From: Planctomycetota bacterium
Lineage (GTDB): Bacteria > Planctomycetota > B15-G4 > JADJEK01
Reading direction: 5' to 3'
Length of the DNA: 64,000 nt
Assembly: GCA_044225365.1 (NCBI GenBank)
Contig: JBGAIQ010000001.1
Span: 256,001 to 320,000, forward strand
Below are positions 1-13,382 of the stretch, in pieces. Each line of letters opens with the position of its first letter. Position 1 is the stretch's first letter. Made by a program: the position numbers and the translations under genes. Below the pieces are notes generated by a model. It was not told the origin of the DNA, did no database searches, and was given only the letters and a program-made list of their open reading frames with translations.

Positions 1-118
1 TCGCGGCCATGATGCCGCCCATGATCGAGATCACGATGAGGATCTCGATCATCGTGAAGGCGCGGCTCTTCCAGCCGCGGGTCGAGGGTCGGGTGGTCGG
101 CTTCATCGGTGAACTCAT
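1..118 (-). CDS. gspJ: Type II secretion minor pseudopilin (GspJ-like), 5' portion; truncated by window edge
   Basis: Minus-strand reading MSSPMKPTTRPSTRGWKSRA|FTMIEILIVISIMGGIMAA is a prepilin cleavage/methylation motif. The ATG overlaps the gspI stop (ATGA). Name assigned from operon position. Confidence 0.65.
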   Translation of the reverse strand, partial: MSSPMKPTTRPSTRGWKSRAFTMIEILIVISIMGGIMAA

Positions 119-690
119 TTCTTCGCGCGATCGCTGCCGAACGGCGAGTTCATCTTCTTGTTGTGCTCTTCGATCGCTTCGGGGAGTGCGGGAAGGATGG
201 TCTCGATGACGAGCTGGTTCGGCTCCTTCGCGTCCTCTCGCAGATTCGGGTACTTCAGGGTGAGCTTGACCTTGCGGACCGGATCGACGAGTTCTTGCAG
301 CTCGTCATTCTTGCCGCCCTGGGCGTCCGAAGGCTTGAAGCGCGAGCTCGAATCGTCGTCGCCCGCGCGCTTCGCCTGCTTGTCCTTCTCGCGCTTCTCG
401 GCTTCCGGATCGCCCTCGCCCGTAACGAGATCGACTTCCTCGATGTCGAGCTGATACGTGAAGCCCGGCTGTCCGTCGATCTGTCCACCGCGGCTGTCGA
501 GGTCGTGGAACTCGAGTTCGGTCAACAGATCTCGGGCGATGGTGCGCGCCAGGTTGTCGTTCCGCGCGGCGATGTACTGATTCACCGACTGTTCGCGGAT
601 GGCGAGCATCGGCACGATGAGCGCCATGACCGCGAGGGTCAGCATGATCTCGAGGAGCGTGAAACCGGATTGGCGAGGATCAGAACGCAC
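115..690 (-). CDS. gspI: Type II secretion minor pseudopilin (GspI-like)
   Basis: G|FTLLEIMLTLAVMALI prepilin motif; position after gspG and gspH. Confidence 0.7.
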   Translation of the reverse strand: MRSDPRQSGFTLLEIMLTLAVMALIVPMLAIREQSVNQYIAARNDNLARTIARDLLTELEFHDLDSRGGQIDGQPGFTYQLDIEEVDLVTGEGDPEAEKREKDKQAKRAGDDDSSSRFKPSDAQGGKNDELQELVDPVRKVKLTLKYPNLREDAKEPNQLVIETILPALPEAIEEHNKKMNSPFGSDRAKK

Positions 691-1258
691 TGGGCTGCAA
701 GACCTCCGGCTCGAAGTACTTGTCGACGAGATCGATGAACCCGAGTAGCGGGCTGATCACCAATGTGGAGCCGCGATCGTGCGGATCGACGTCGACGTAG
801 CCAAGGTGGACGATGTGGTCCGAAGCGATTCCGCGCGGTTCGAACGTCACCGTCACGGTGCCATCCTTGATCACGTCGCGGACGAGGAAGATGTCCTTGA
901 ACTCGACGGTATCGCGGAGGCTGATCCAGTCGTGCAACTCGAACTCGCCAGGACCGACGATCGACTTGCCGTCGTCGGAGAGCTCGAACGGCACGAAGTA
1001 GCGATACTGGTCGTGATCGAGGTCGTAGACGAAGGTGACGGGCTTGCCGGATACGATCGCGTAGTTTCGGGCTTGATCGAGATGACTCGCGAGTTCGCGG
1101 GCGTCGGCTTTCAACCGCTGGCCGGGAACGAGCGAGTCGAGCTTCATGAAGACGAGACCGAAGAGGAGCCCGATCAACGCGATGACGATCAGGAGCTCGG
1201 CGAGTGTGAACCCGCGCGAAACTCGATCGTCAGGGTGGGATCGGGTCGGACGCATCAC
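680..1258 (-). CDS. gspH: Type II secretion minor pseudopilin (GspH/FimT-like)
   Basis: G|FTLAELLIVIALIGLL; 'ARELASHLDQARNYAI' helix and 'VTFEPRG' typical of GspH/FimT. Confidence 0.8.
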   Translation of the reverse strand: MMRPTRSHPDDRVSRGFTLAELLIVIALIGLLFGLVFMKLDSLVPGQRLKADARELASHLDQARNYAIVSGKPVTFVYDLDHDQYRYFVPFELSDDGKSIVGPGEFELHDWISLRDTVEFKDIFLVRDVIKDGTVTVTFEPRGIASDHIVHLGYVDVDPHDRGSTLVISPLLGFIDLVDKYFEPEVLQPSAF

Positions 1259-1680
1259 TTCTTCGTCTGGTTCATCGTCTTCGAGCTGATGTCCTCGTCC
1301 GCACCCTCGCCGTTCGGTGCACCATCGGCGCCGTAGCAGAGGATCTCGAACTTCGAGCCGTCGCGCTTGTAGTCGTAGGGATTGCCCCAGGGGTCGACGG
1401 GGACGGTCTCCTGCTGGAGGTAGGCTTCGTTGTTGTGCTTCGGATCCGGTTGGATCAGGACGTCGAGGGAGTCGGGGAGCTTGTTGTTCTCGAGCTTGTA
1501 CATCCCGACGGCTTCGGAAATCGTCTTGATGTCCGTCATCGCCGTCTTCTGCTTCGCGCGATCGAGGATCGGCCAGACGTTCTTCTGCACGACCACGGCG
1601 AGGATGCCGAGGATCATGATCACGACCATGAGTTCCATGAGGGAGAAGCCGCGAGCATTGCGGAGAGAGCGAGTCTTCAT
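1255..1680 (-). CDS. gspG: Type II secretion major pseudopilin GspG
   Basis: G|FSLMELMVVIMILGIL, DPWGNPY, YGADG..GEG.D.DI motifs; ATG at 1680 preceded by GGAGG. Confidence 0.93.
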   Translation of the reverse strand: MKTRSLRNARGFSLMELMVVIMILGILAVVVQKNVWPILDRAKQKTAMTDIKTISEAVGMYKLENNKLPDSLDVLIQPDPKHNNEAYLQQETVPVDPWGNPYDYKRDGSKFEILCYGADGAPNGEGADEDISSKTMNQTKK

Positions 1681-1728
1681 GTCAGCCTCCGAGCGGAAAC
1701 CTGTGCGGATATTGTAACCCACCGCGCC

Positions 1729-2943
1729 TCAGACGTTCTGGAGCTGGAGCAACGGTAGGAGGATCGAGATGACGATGAAGGCCACGACGCCCGCCATCCC
1801 GAGGATCAGGATGGGTTCGAGGACGGCCGTCATCCGCTGAACTGCGAAATCGATCTCTTCGTCGTACGTCTCGGCCAACTTGTCGAGAATCTCTTCGAGT
1901 CGCCCGGACTGTTCGCCGACGGCCACCATGTAGCCCACGGCTGGCGGAAAGATCTTGCTGTTCTTGAGAGGGGTCGAGATGTCCGCGCCTTCCATGATTC
2001 TGTTATGAACGTCGTCGAGGACGCGCGCGATCACCGCGTTGTTCACGACGTTCTTCACGATCATCAGTGCTTCGAGCACCGGGACGCCGGACTTGAGCAG
2101 CGCGGCCAAAGTCGTTGCGAATCGCGAGATAGCCTGCTTGCTGAAGAGGTCGCCGAAGACGGGCAGCCGCAGCAGCACCTTGTCGATGGTGTAGCGGCCG
2201 TTGGGCGTCCGTTTGTACGCGCCGAGCGCCAGGATCCCCGCGAGGAGGCTCAGTCCGATGAGGATCCAGTAATCGGTGAGGAACCCGGACAACCCGATCA
2301 GGAGTTGGGTGGGGAGCGGCAATTCCTGATTGCGCGCCTGGATCATGCCGACGATCTTCGGCACGACGAAGATCATGAGCACGGAGACGACGATCGCGCC
2401 GACGCCGATCATGATGATCGGATACATGAGGGCCGCGCCGACCTTGTTGCGGACGCGATTCTGTTTCAGCAGATAATCGGCGAGTCGCTTCAAGACGGCG
2501 TCGACGTTGCCCGCCGCCTCGCCGGCCTTGATCATGTTGCAGTAGAGGTCGTCGAAGAAGCCGGGATGGTGGCCCATCGATTCCGCGAGCGAACCGCCAC
2601 CGCTGATCTTCTCGCGGATGTCGCGAAACACGGTCTCGAGATCGCGGTTCTGGATCTGCTCGGACAGCGCCTTCAGCGCCTCGGTCATCGCGATGCCGGA
2701 TTCCAGCAGCGTCGCGAACTGGCGCGTGACCATCGCGAGTTCGCTGGTCTTCTTCTTGCGCTTGATGAAACCGCCGACGGAGAAACGCGGCGCTTCGGTC
2801 GCCTGCTCGATCGTCGTCAGCTTTAGGACGTGGAATTTGTCGCGACGCAGTTTCTCGCGCGCTTCGCGCGGAGAGTCGGCGTCACAGATCCCGGTCTTGA
2901 CCTGCCCGGCTTCGTTGTAGGCCTTGTATTCGTAGACCGGCAT
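1729..2943 (-). CDS. gspF: Type II secretion inner membrane platform protein GspF
   Basis: MPVYEYKA N-terminus, TRQFATLL.SG, AGEAAG, ALMYP, VGEQSG, LEP motifs. Confidence 0.95.
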   Translation of the reverse strand: MPVYEYKAYNEAGQVKTGICDADSPREAREKLRRDKFHVLKLTTIEQATEAPRFSVGGFIKRKKKTSELAMVTRQFATLLESGIAMTEALKALSEQIQNRDLETVFRDIREKISGGGSLAESMGHHPGFFDDLYCNMIKAGEAAGNVDAVLKRLADYLLKQNRVRNKVGAALMYPIIMIGVGAIVVSVLMIFVVPKIVGMIQARNQELPLPTQLLIGLSGFLTDYWILIGLSLLAGILALGAYKRTPNGRYTIDKVLLRLPVFGDLFSKQAISRFATTLAALLKSGVPVLEALMIVKNVVNNAVIARVLDDVHNRIMEGADISTPLKNSKIFPPAVGYMVAVGEQSGRLEEILDKLAETYDEEIDFAVQRMTAVLEPILILGMAGVVAFIVISILLPLLQLQNV

Positions 2944-2975
2944 GCGTGCTCACTGAAGGGGCGGGGAAACGGGAA

Positions 2976-4726
<1,751 letters not shown>

Positions 4727-4730
<4 letters not shown>

Positions 4731-7027
4731 GGCTTGCTCTGCTCCTGCGGCGGATTCGTCGCCGGTGCGGGATTCACTTCGCCGTAGCCGCTCTCATCCG
4801 GCTTGACGGCGGCAGGCTTCTTCGCATTCTGCTCGCCGGCTTGCGGACTCGCGTAGGACGGCATGTTGAAGACGCCCGAGACGGCGGCATCGAGGATTCG
4901 GGTGTCCGCGTTGTTGCGATCCCAGTCCTCGTCGACGAGGTAGATCTTGCCGTTCAGCGTCTCCATCTCCTTCTTCTTCTTGAAGGAGAGGTCGTCGAGG
5001 GTGGCGAAGTCGTCGCTCACGATGTGAGGCGTGAGGAAGACGTAGAGGTTCGTCCGCGCATCGGTGTCCTTGCCGTTGCGGAACAACCACCCGACGAGCG
5101 GGAAGTCGCCGAGCCAGGGCAGGCGATCCGAGTTGCTGCGCTGATCGTCGCGCACGATGCCGCCGATCACCATCGTGTGGCCGTCGGGCAGCGTGACCGC
5201 CGTGTCGAGTTCGCGCGTAGTGCGCGGCGGCGGATCCGTGTTGCCGCTGAGGAAGGCCGAGACCTCGAGTCGCAGACCGAGTCGCAGGTAGTTGCCCGCG
5301 CTGATCGACGGCGAGATATCGAGTTGGATACCGGCCTGGATGTATTCCTTGAACGAGGTCTGATCGGAGACCTGGCCCTGGCTGATCGTGAACGATGGAC
5401 GTTCATCGATCGTCTTGATCGTCGCCTTCTCGTTGTCGTTCACCAGCACGGACGGCATCGAGAGCACGTTCGCATCGGTGGTGGACTCGAGCGCATTGAT
5501 GATGATCGGGACCTGGAAGTCCTTGCCGCCGAAGATCCCGGCCGTGATGCCGGAGACGCCGTTGAATCCATCGCCGATCCCGATCGGGATGCGGCGGTCG
5601 GCAATGCCGTCGCCATTGGTGTCTTCGAGCGTCGATAGACCGAAGTTGCTGAGTCCGAATCCACCCGTGGCGATGCCCGTTCCGCCCTGATCGTCCTGCG
5701 AGACGTAGCCGAGTTCGACGCCGAGGGCATTGTCGAGCGTGCCGCTGATCTCGACGAGCGCGGTCTCGATGAGCACCTGGCGGCGGCGAACGTCGAGGCG
5801 CTTGATGACCTCGAGCACCTGCGCGTAGCGACTCTTGCTCGCCGAGATCACGAGGGAATTGCTGCCCTCGTCGGCGACCACGTTGACGGGCTGCTCGAGC
5901 GAACTGGAGCCGCTCGAACTCGACGCCGCCGCGCCGCCGGCCGTCGGACCGCTGCGCGATCCGCCCGAGCTGCCCGACTGATTGCTGTTCGACCAGTCGT
6001 TCAGGATGTCGGCGAGGTCCTTCGCCTTGCTGTTCTTCAGGCGATAGACGTGGGTGTCACCCCGAGGATCGACCTCGACGTCGAGCATCCGGATGTACTG
6101 CCCGATCTTCTCGAGGCTCTTCTCCGCTGCGATCACGTAGAGCGCGTTGGTGCGCGCGTCGGCTTCGACGTGCGGCGCCGGTTCCTGGAGAGCGGCGGGG
6201 AGATTGCTCTGCGCGGCGGCCTGCACCTGCCCGCGAGTTCCTGTCGCTTCACCGCGTTCGGCGGCGATGAGCTGATCGATGATCGGCTTGATCTCCTCCG
6301 CGACTCCCACCTTCAGCTCGAACTTGCCGAACTTCGGCTTGTACTCCGCGGGCTGGGTATCGAGCAGTTCGATCAGGCGCTGGATCTGGGCGAGCGTCTG
6401 TGCGAACCCGGTCATCACGAGCGTGTTGCTGTTGGTGACCGCGCGAACGCTCTCGAGCGCCGGATCTGTGAAGTATGCCTGAAGCGTGTTCGTCGCTTCC
6501 TGCGCGTTCACGTACTTCAGCGCGAACGAGGTCGTGAGAACGATGCCCGGGTCGTACTTGAACTGATCGAGTTCCGACGGCGACACGACCGGAGCCTGCG
6601 TCTTGATGTAACCGGGGCGCGCCGTCTGACCGCCGCTCGACTTGCGGATCGCGAAGTAGCCAGTGTCCGGACCTTCGAGTGCGCGGCCGGGTGCCGAGAT
6701 GTTGCCGTAGGGCACCACGACGAAGTCGTAGGACTTCAGCACGGCTTGGAAGAACGACCAGAAGTCTTCCTTCTTGATCTTCTTGCGACCCAGGAACTTC
6801 AGCTTCGTGTCCTTGGTGTCGGCACCCGCGTAGTTCAGCAGGAGTCCGGTTTGCAGTTCGCAGTACTTGATGAAGTCGTCGAGCGGCGTGCCGTCGACTT
6901 CGTCGAACTGGATGATGAGGCTGTCGCCCTCGGTGGAGACGTTCTGCGCGTAGCCGGGAGCGGCGAACGCGGAGCTGAGCGCGACGAGAAGCGATGCGCG
7001 GATGGAGAGACGACGCAGGTCCGACAT
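4727..7027 (-). CDS. gspD: Type II secretion secretin GspD
   Basis: Signal peptide, N-domain repeats, QVLIETALVE, secretin C-domain (PWLGDFPLVGWLFR, LYVFLTPHI); ATG at 7027 with GGAGG RBS. Confidence 0.93.
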
Positions 7028-7254
7028 CAGGACACCCCTCCCGAGGCGGTCGAAACGAGGAAGCAGTGGAAGTTCGCTCGAGCCAGATCCGCTGGCGACA
7101 TAGGCGACATGGTCGGAGATCCTATTGGGGCCAGTGCTTCGGATCAACGCGGAGAATCAAAGGGTCCGCGACTGTTTTCAAACGACGGAACGCGATCCCT
7201 GCTTGCCGGGAAATCTTCGGATTCATCACGCGTAATTGTGTGACCGCAGAACCC

Positions 7255-7283
7255 TTGCCCGGAAACGAGCGGCGCACTACGAT
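7255..7283 (+). promoter_or_regulatory. Putative sigma70 promoter for the ptsN-like gene
   Basis: TTGCCC-N17-TACGAT about 60 nt upstream of ATG 7343. Confidence 0.45.
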
Positions 7284-7342
7284 GCCTCGCTTGTCCATGA
7301 TCCGCGGAACGAGTGTTCCGCGACAATCCAGTTGGAGACGGA

Positions 7343-7816
7343 ATGCGACTCTCGGAGCTGCTTCGGCGCGAAGCGGTGATGCTCGAGGTGACGGACCTCG
7401 ACAAATGGCAGGTGATCGAGCGTCTGACCGATCTGCTCGTCAGTTCGGGTCGCCTCGGTTCCGCCAAGCGTCAGGGCGTCCTCGACGCGCTGCTCGTTCG
7501 CGAGCGTTCGATGAGCACCGGCATGGAGAATGGAATCGCGATTCCGCACTGCTCGATGGAGGACATCGAGGACACCCTCGTGACTCTCGGTGTGTCTCGC
7601 AGCGGGATCGACTTCGAATCGATCGATGGACGTCCGACGCACTTGATTCTGTTGCTCGTTACGCCGAAGAACAAGACGAAGGTGCATATCCGAACGCTCG
7701 CAGAGATCGCCAAGTTGCTGAACGACGCTCGATTCCGCGACGATTTGGTCGCGGCGGCGACCAGCGACGAGGTGATCGAACTCGTGCGCCGGCGCGAGGC
7801 CGAAGAACGAATGTGA
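7343..7816 (+). CDS. PTS EIIA (PtsN/fructose-mannitol-type) domain protein
   Basis: RERSMSTGMENGIAIPH motif with the phospho-accepting His; IDFESIDG; HIRTLAEIA. Confidence 0.9.
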   Translation: MRLSELLRREAVMLEVTDLDKWQVIERLTDLLVSSGRLGSAKRQGVLDALLVRERSMSTGMENGIAIPHCSMEDIEDTLVTLGVSRSGIDFESIDGRPTHLILLLVTPKNKTKVHIRTLAEIAKLLNDARFRDDLVAAATSDEVIELVRRREAEERM

Positions 7817-7910
7817 CGGACGGCCCGATAGGGGCGTTCGTCTGGTATGATCCAAGCTGTTTCGCTTGCTCGAGTTTCCGAGCAGGCACCGATCCCGACG
7901 GAGGTACTAC

Positions 7911-8105
7911 TTGATTCGCGTCCAGGTCAAAGAAGGCGAGCCCCTCGAAAAGACGTTGCGCCGCTTGCGCAAGATCTGCAACAACGAGGGTGTCACGCGC
8001 GGTCTCAAGCGCACCAGCTACTACGAGAAGCCTTCCGAGAAGCGCCGCCGCCGTGAGCGCGAGCGCCTCAAGACGATTCGCCTCGCCATGCGCGCAATGT
8101 CCTGA
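7911..8105 (+). CDS. rpsU: 30S ribosomal protein S21
   Basis: RVQVKEGEPLEKTLRRL...YYEKPSEKRRR; TTG start after GGAGG; TG-n-TATGAT upstream near 7843-7851. Confidence 0.93.
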   Translation: MIRVQVKEGEPLEKTLRRLRKICNNEGVTRGLKRTSYYEKPSEKRRRRERERLKTIRLAMRAMS

Positions 8106-8148
8106 AGCCGCGCGGTACCGCACGATCCAAGGAGGTACTCCTCGTACC

Positions 8149-9276
8149 TCAGGATCGACGACGCGACGACGGAGCCTCGGCTTCGCCGTCGCGTGTGATT
8201 TCATCGGCGATTCGTTCGATGTGAGTGGCGATCTCGCTGGCCGCCGCGATGTACACCGAGTCGTCTCCGCCGAATGGATCGGACACGTCCTCTCCGCCGG
8301 GATCGATGTGGCGTACGAACTGCGTTCGCGGAACGAGACTTCGTAGGTCCTCTACGATCGAATCGGTCATCCCGTACACTCGATCCTGCGCGGCGAGCAG
8401 TTCACTCGATAGGGGCTTCGAGCGATGAGGACTCAAGTCGAGTCCCCGCGCCGCGACGGCGTGGCGCGCGCCGCGTGACGCCGGCATCCCGGGCGCGGCA
8501 TAGGCTCCAGCGGAGTCGACCACGAACCCCACGTCCGGCAAGCTCTCGGGTGTTACGTCGAGGCGCTCGGCGAGCGCGGCGCGCAGCAGTGCTGCAGCCA
8601 TCGGGCTGCGACACGTGTTCCCCGCGCAGACGAAGAGGATCCTCCGTACCGCGGCGCGCCGCAGGTCGTGCTCGCTCAAGAGGCCGGGGCGAATCACTTC
8701 GAACGTGCTTCGATCGGCGCGAACGATCGCCGGCGCTTCGCCGATTCGCGCGGGTCCCGTGTCGACGACCACCCCAGCGAATCGAGGAAACCGTTCGATC
8801 AACGCGCTCGCCGTCACGGCGTCGCGGAGGTCGGGCGTCGTGGCGTCGAGACTCCAAGGCTCGAAGAACAGAGCCTTCGATCTCACCGCGGCGAGGAACG
8901 AGCGCGTGATCGCAGCGCCTGGAACCCGCACCGCGACGCGCCGACTCAATGCGCTGCCGGCGGCGACGACGACGAGCGGGCCGGGCAGGTAGCGGTGAAC
9001 GAGTCGCGCCGCGGCCGGCGTCACGACCGGGAGTTCGGCGAGCGCGAGTTCCGGAGAGGCGAGTGCCGTGGCCTCGGCGCGAAAGCCCGCTGCGGAGAGT
9101 TCACGCTCGGTCGCTCGCGCGACGTCCGATTCGATGGCGAGTGCGAAGGCGTAGGCGCACTCCGTCGGCAATCCCACGATCTCACCTGCAGCGAAGGAAG
9201 CGAGCGCGGACTCGAGCGCCCGCTTCTCGTCGTTTGCATCACCCAACGCTTCGACTCGCTGCAACCGTGTGCTCAT
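8149..9276 (-). CDS. Fusion of a degenerate Sua5/TsaC (YwlC)-like domain and a low-molecular-weight protein (Arg/Tyr) phosphatase (YwlE-like)
   Basis: N-terminal GEIVGLPTECAY, PGPL, VAVRVP, RPG; C-terminal ILFVCAGNTCRSPMA P-loop, SAG, DPFGG. Confidence 0.85.
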   Translation of the reverse strand: MSTRLQRVEALGDANDEKRALESALASFAAGEIVGLPTECAYAFALAIESDVARATERELSAAGFRAEATALASPELALAELPVVTPAAARLVHRYLPGPLVVVAAGSALSRRVAVRVPGAAITRSFLAAVRSKALFFEPWSLDATTPDLRDAVTASALIERFPRFAGVVVDTGPARIGEAPAIVRADRSTFEVIRPGLLSEHDLRRAAVRRILFVCAGNTCRSPMAAALLRAALAERLDVTPESLPDVGFVVDSAGAYAAPGMPASRGARHAVAARGLDLSPHRSKPLSSELLAAQDRVYGMTDSIVEDLRSLVPRTQFVRHIDPGGEDVSDPFGGDDSVYIAAASEIATHIERIADEITRDGEAEAPSSRRRS

Positions 9277-9323
9277 CACGGCACATTCTGACGGCGGAGC
9301 GGCGGATTTCCTATATTGCGCAC

Positions 9324-10037
9324 ATGACTGGACGCCGGACCTCGCAACGTCGGATGGCTTTCGTCGGCACCCTCGCGGGCGGACTCGCACACGAGATCCG
9401 CAATCCTTTGTCGACGATGAAGGTGAATCTCCAGATGCTGCGCGACGATCTCCACCGCGAGGGCGGCGTGGAGCGCGCGGCGCGGCGCGTCGATGTACTG
9501 GATCAGGCCGTTCGTCGGCTCGAGTCGATCGTCGAGGACTTTCTGAACTATGCGCGGGGATTCGAACTCGTGATCGAGCCGTCGGATCTCAATCGCGTGG
9601 TCGACGAGGTGGTCGTGTTCGTCGAGCCGGAGGCACGGCATCACGGTGTCTCGATCCGCACGGCCTATGGCGGAGACCTCGCCGCGATCCCGCTCGACAA
9701 GAAGTACGTGCAACAGGCGCTGCTCAATTTGCTCCTGAATGCGCGTCAGGCGATCGAGGGGGCGGGACAGCAGGGCGAGATCTTCATCACGACCGTCCGC
9801 GACGGGGAGCAAGCCCGCATCACGATCACGGACACCGGCCCGGGGATCCCGGCCGAGGTCCTGCCGCGGATCTTCGACGTCTACTTCTCGACGAAGAAGG
9901 GGGGCACGGGCCTCGGGCTACCGACCACGAAGCGCATCGTGGAAGAGCACGGCGGTGATCTCGTCGTCGCGACCGAGCCCGGCAAAGGCACGTCGTTCAC
10001 GATCACTCTCCCGGTGGGCGCCAAGTCGCGAAAGTGA
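9324..10037 (+). CDS. Histidine kinase (HisKA + HATPase, NtrB-like) with no sensor domain
   Basis: H-box AGGLAHEIRNPL, N-box LLNLLLNARQA, G1 DTGPGI, F-box IFDVYFSTK, G2 GTGLGL. Confidence 0.9.
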   Translation: MTGRRTSQRRMAFVGTLAGGLAHEIRNPLSTMKVNLQMLRDDLHREGGVERAARRVDVLDQAVRRLESIVEDFLNYARGFELVIEPSDLNRVVDEVVVFVEPEARHHGVSIRTAYGGDLAAIPLDKKYVQQALLNLLLNARQAIEGAGQQGEIFITTVRDGEQARITITDTGPGIPAEVLPRIFDVYFSTKKGGTGLGLPTTKRIVEEHGGDLVVATEPGKGTSFTITLPVGAKSRK

Positions 10038-10076
10038 TGCGCCAAATTGACACGTGCGCCGTGACGATTTCGCGCA
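10038..10076. promoter_or_regulatory. Imperfect inverted repeat; candidate enhancer (UAS) for a sigma54 activator upstream of dnaK
   Basis: TGCGCCAAATTGACAC-N7-GTGACGATTTCGCGCA; arms match at 13/16; about 95-135 bp upstream of the -24/-12 motif. Confidence 0.45.
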
Positions 10077-10171
10077 GCGTGCCGCGCTCCTATTCGTCGA
10101 TTTCGTGCTAGTCGACTGTCCTGTAGTGAGTTGCAGGTGCGCCATTCCGTCGAGGTAGGGCCGTCTGGAAT

Positions 10172-10187
10172 TGGTTCGCAGGTTGCA
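10172..10187 (+). promoter_or_regulatory. Putative sigma54 (-24/-12) promoter of dnaK
   Basis: TGGTTCGCAGGTTGCA = GG-N10-GC with TTGCA. Confidence 0.6.
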
Positions 10188-10305
10188 TGGCGCTCGGCAC
10201 CCAGGCGCGATCGGCTCCCTTCTCGGGAAGTCCAATCTCGATCGGACCGGCTCGCAGGGGCAACGAACCATCGCTTCGGATCGAGTGACGGAAGGACCCT
10301 GAATC

Positions 10306-12237
<1,932 letters not shown>

Positions 12238-12252
12238 CAGGAGTTCCGCGCC

Positions 12253-12280
12253 GCGAACGGAGGGGCGACCTTCCGTTCGC
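12253..12280 (+). terminator. Stem-loop downstream of dnaK
   Basis: GCGAACGGAGGG-GCGA-CCTTCCGTTCGC (GNRA loop, one G-U pair). Confidence 0.55.
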
Positions 12281-12309
12281 CGTATTGGCTCGCTCTTGCT
12301 TCGCCAAGG

Positions 12310-12337
12310 AACGGCGTGCGGCATCGCACGCCGTTTT
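12310..12337 (+). terminator. Intrinsic terminator downstream of dnaK
   Basis: AACGGCGTGCG-GCAT-CGCACGCCGTT followed by T-rich sequence. Confidence 0.65.
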
Positions 12338-12416
12338 CGTTTCCTGAGCGGTTTCCCTCGTTTCTTCGCCCCTCGGATGATACCTCGATCCGCGACGACC
12401 GCTATAACGGCGCGCC

Positions 12417-13382
12417 ATGATCGAGGTTGCAGGACTGGTCAAACGCTACGGTGAAGTGCTGGCGGTGAACGACATCTCGTTCCGCGTCGGCGAGGGCGAA
12501 GTCGTTGGTTTCCTCGGGCCGAACGGCGCGGGGAAATCCACGACGCTCAAGATCCTCACTTGTTATCTCCCCGCGACGCGCGGCACGGTTCGAGTCGCCG
12601 GCTTCGACGTGCTCTCGGATTCGCTCGCCGTACGCGAGCACCTCGGCTACTTGCCGGAGACGGTGCCGCTGTATCCGGACATGCGCGTCGAGGAGTTCCT
12701 GCGCTTTCGCGCACTGCTGAAGGGCGTGCGCCGGCGCGACGTGAAGAAGAAGGTCGACATCGCGCTCGAGCGATGCGGTTGCGTCGAGATGCGCCGGCGA
12801 ATGATCTTCGCTCTGTCGAAGGGATATCGGCAGCGCGTCGGCATCGCCGACGCCATCGTGCACGATCCGCCCATCCTCGTGCTCGACGAGCCCACTTCGG
12901 GCCTCGATCCGAATCAGCGCATCGAAGTCCGCAAGCTGATCACCGAGCTGGGCCGCGACAAGACCGTGATCCTCTCGAGTCACATCCTCGCCGAGGTCGA
13001 AGCGGTCGCGCAGCGCGTGATCATCATCCACCGCGGACGCATCGCCGCGGATGGAACTCCCGAAGCGCTGACGAAGCAGTTCTCGCAGGAAGCGGCGCTG
13101 CGCGTCGAGGTTCGCGGTGATCGAGCCAGCGTCGAGCGCGCGATCACGAGTGTGCCCGGTGTCCTCGTCCGGGGTTGCGAGCCGCGTGCCGATGGAGTGT
13201 TCGTCCTCGAACTCGGGTTGCCAGGTGGCGCCGACGTGCGGGAGGCGATTGCGGCTGCGCTCGCGACCGGCGGATTCGGGATTCGCGAGATGCATCAACC
13301 CGTGGCGAGCCTCGAGGCGATCTTCCGCAGGCTGACCCTGGGTGCAACGGCCGAATCGACGGCGGCGGAGCACGCGGCATGA
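12417..13382 (+). CDS. ABC transporter ATP-binding protein (GldA-like, ABC-2 type)
   Basis: GPNGAGKST, LSKGYRQRVG, LVLDEPTSGLDP, LSSHIL. Confidence 0.93.
   Translation: MIEVAGLVKRYGEVLAVNDISFRVGEGEVVGFLGPNGAGKSTTLKILTCYLPATRGTVRVAGFDVLSDSLAVREHLGYLPETVPLYPDMRVEEFLRFRALLKGVRRRDVKKKVDIALERCGCVEMRRRMIFALSKGYRQRVGIADAIVHDPPILVLDEPTSGLDPNQRIEVRKLITELGRDKTVILSSHILAEVEAVAQRVIIIHRGRIAADGTPEALTKQFSQEAALRVEVRGDRASVERAITSVPGVLVRGCEPRADGVFVLELGLPGGADVREAIAAALATGGFGIREMHQPVASLEAIFRRLTLGATAESTAAEHAA

Noticed and set aside
7900-8150. GGAGGTACT occurring at the rpsU RBS and again in a hairpin after its stop
   Set aside because: A 9-nt match is too short to support target-site duplication or long-range regulation. 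The downstream copy is explained by a local stem-loop.
10100-10112. GTGCTA as a possible CIRCE half-site before dnaK
   Set aside because: There is no matching TTAGCACTC arm at 9-nt spacing.
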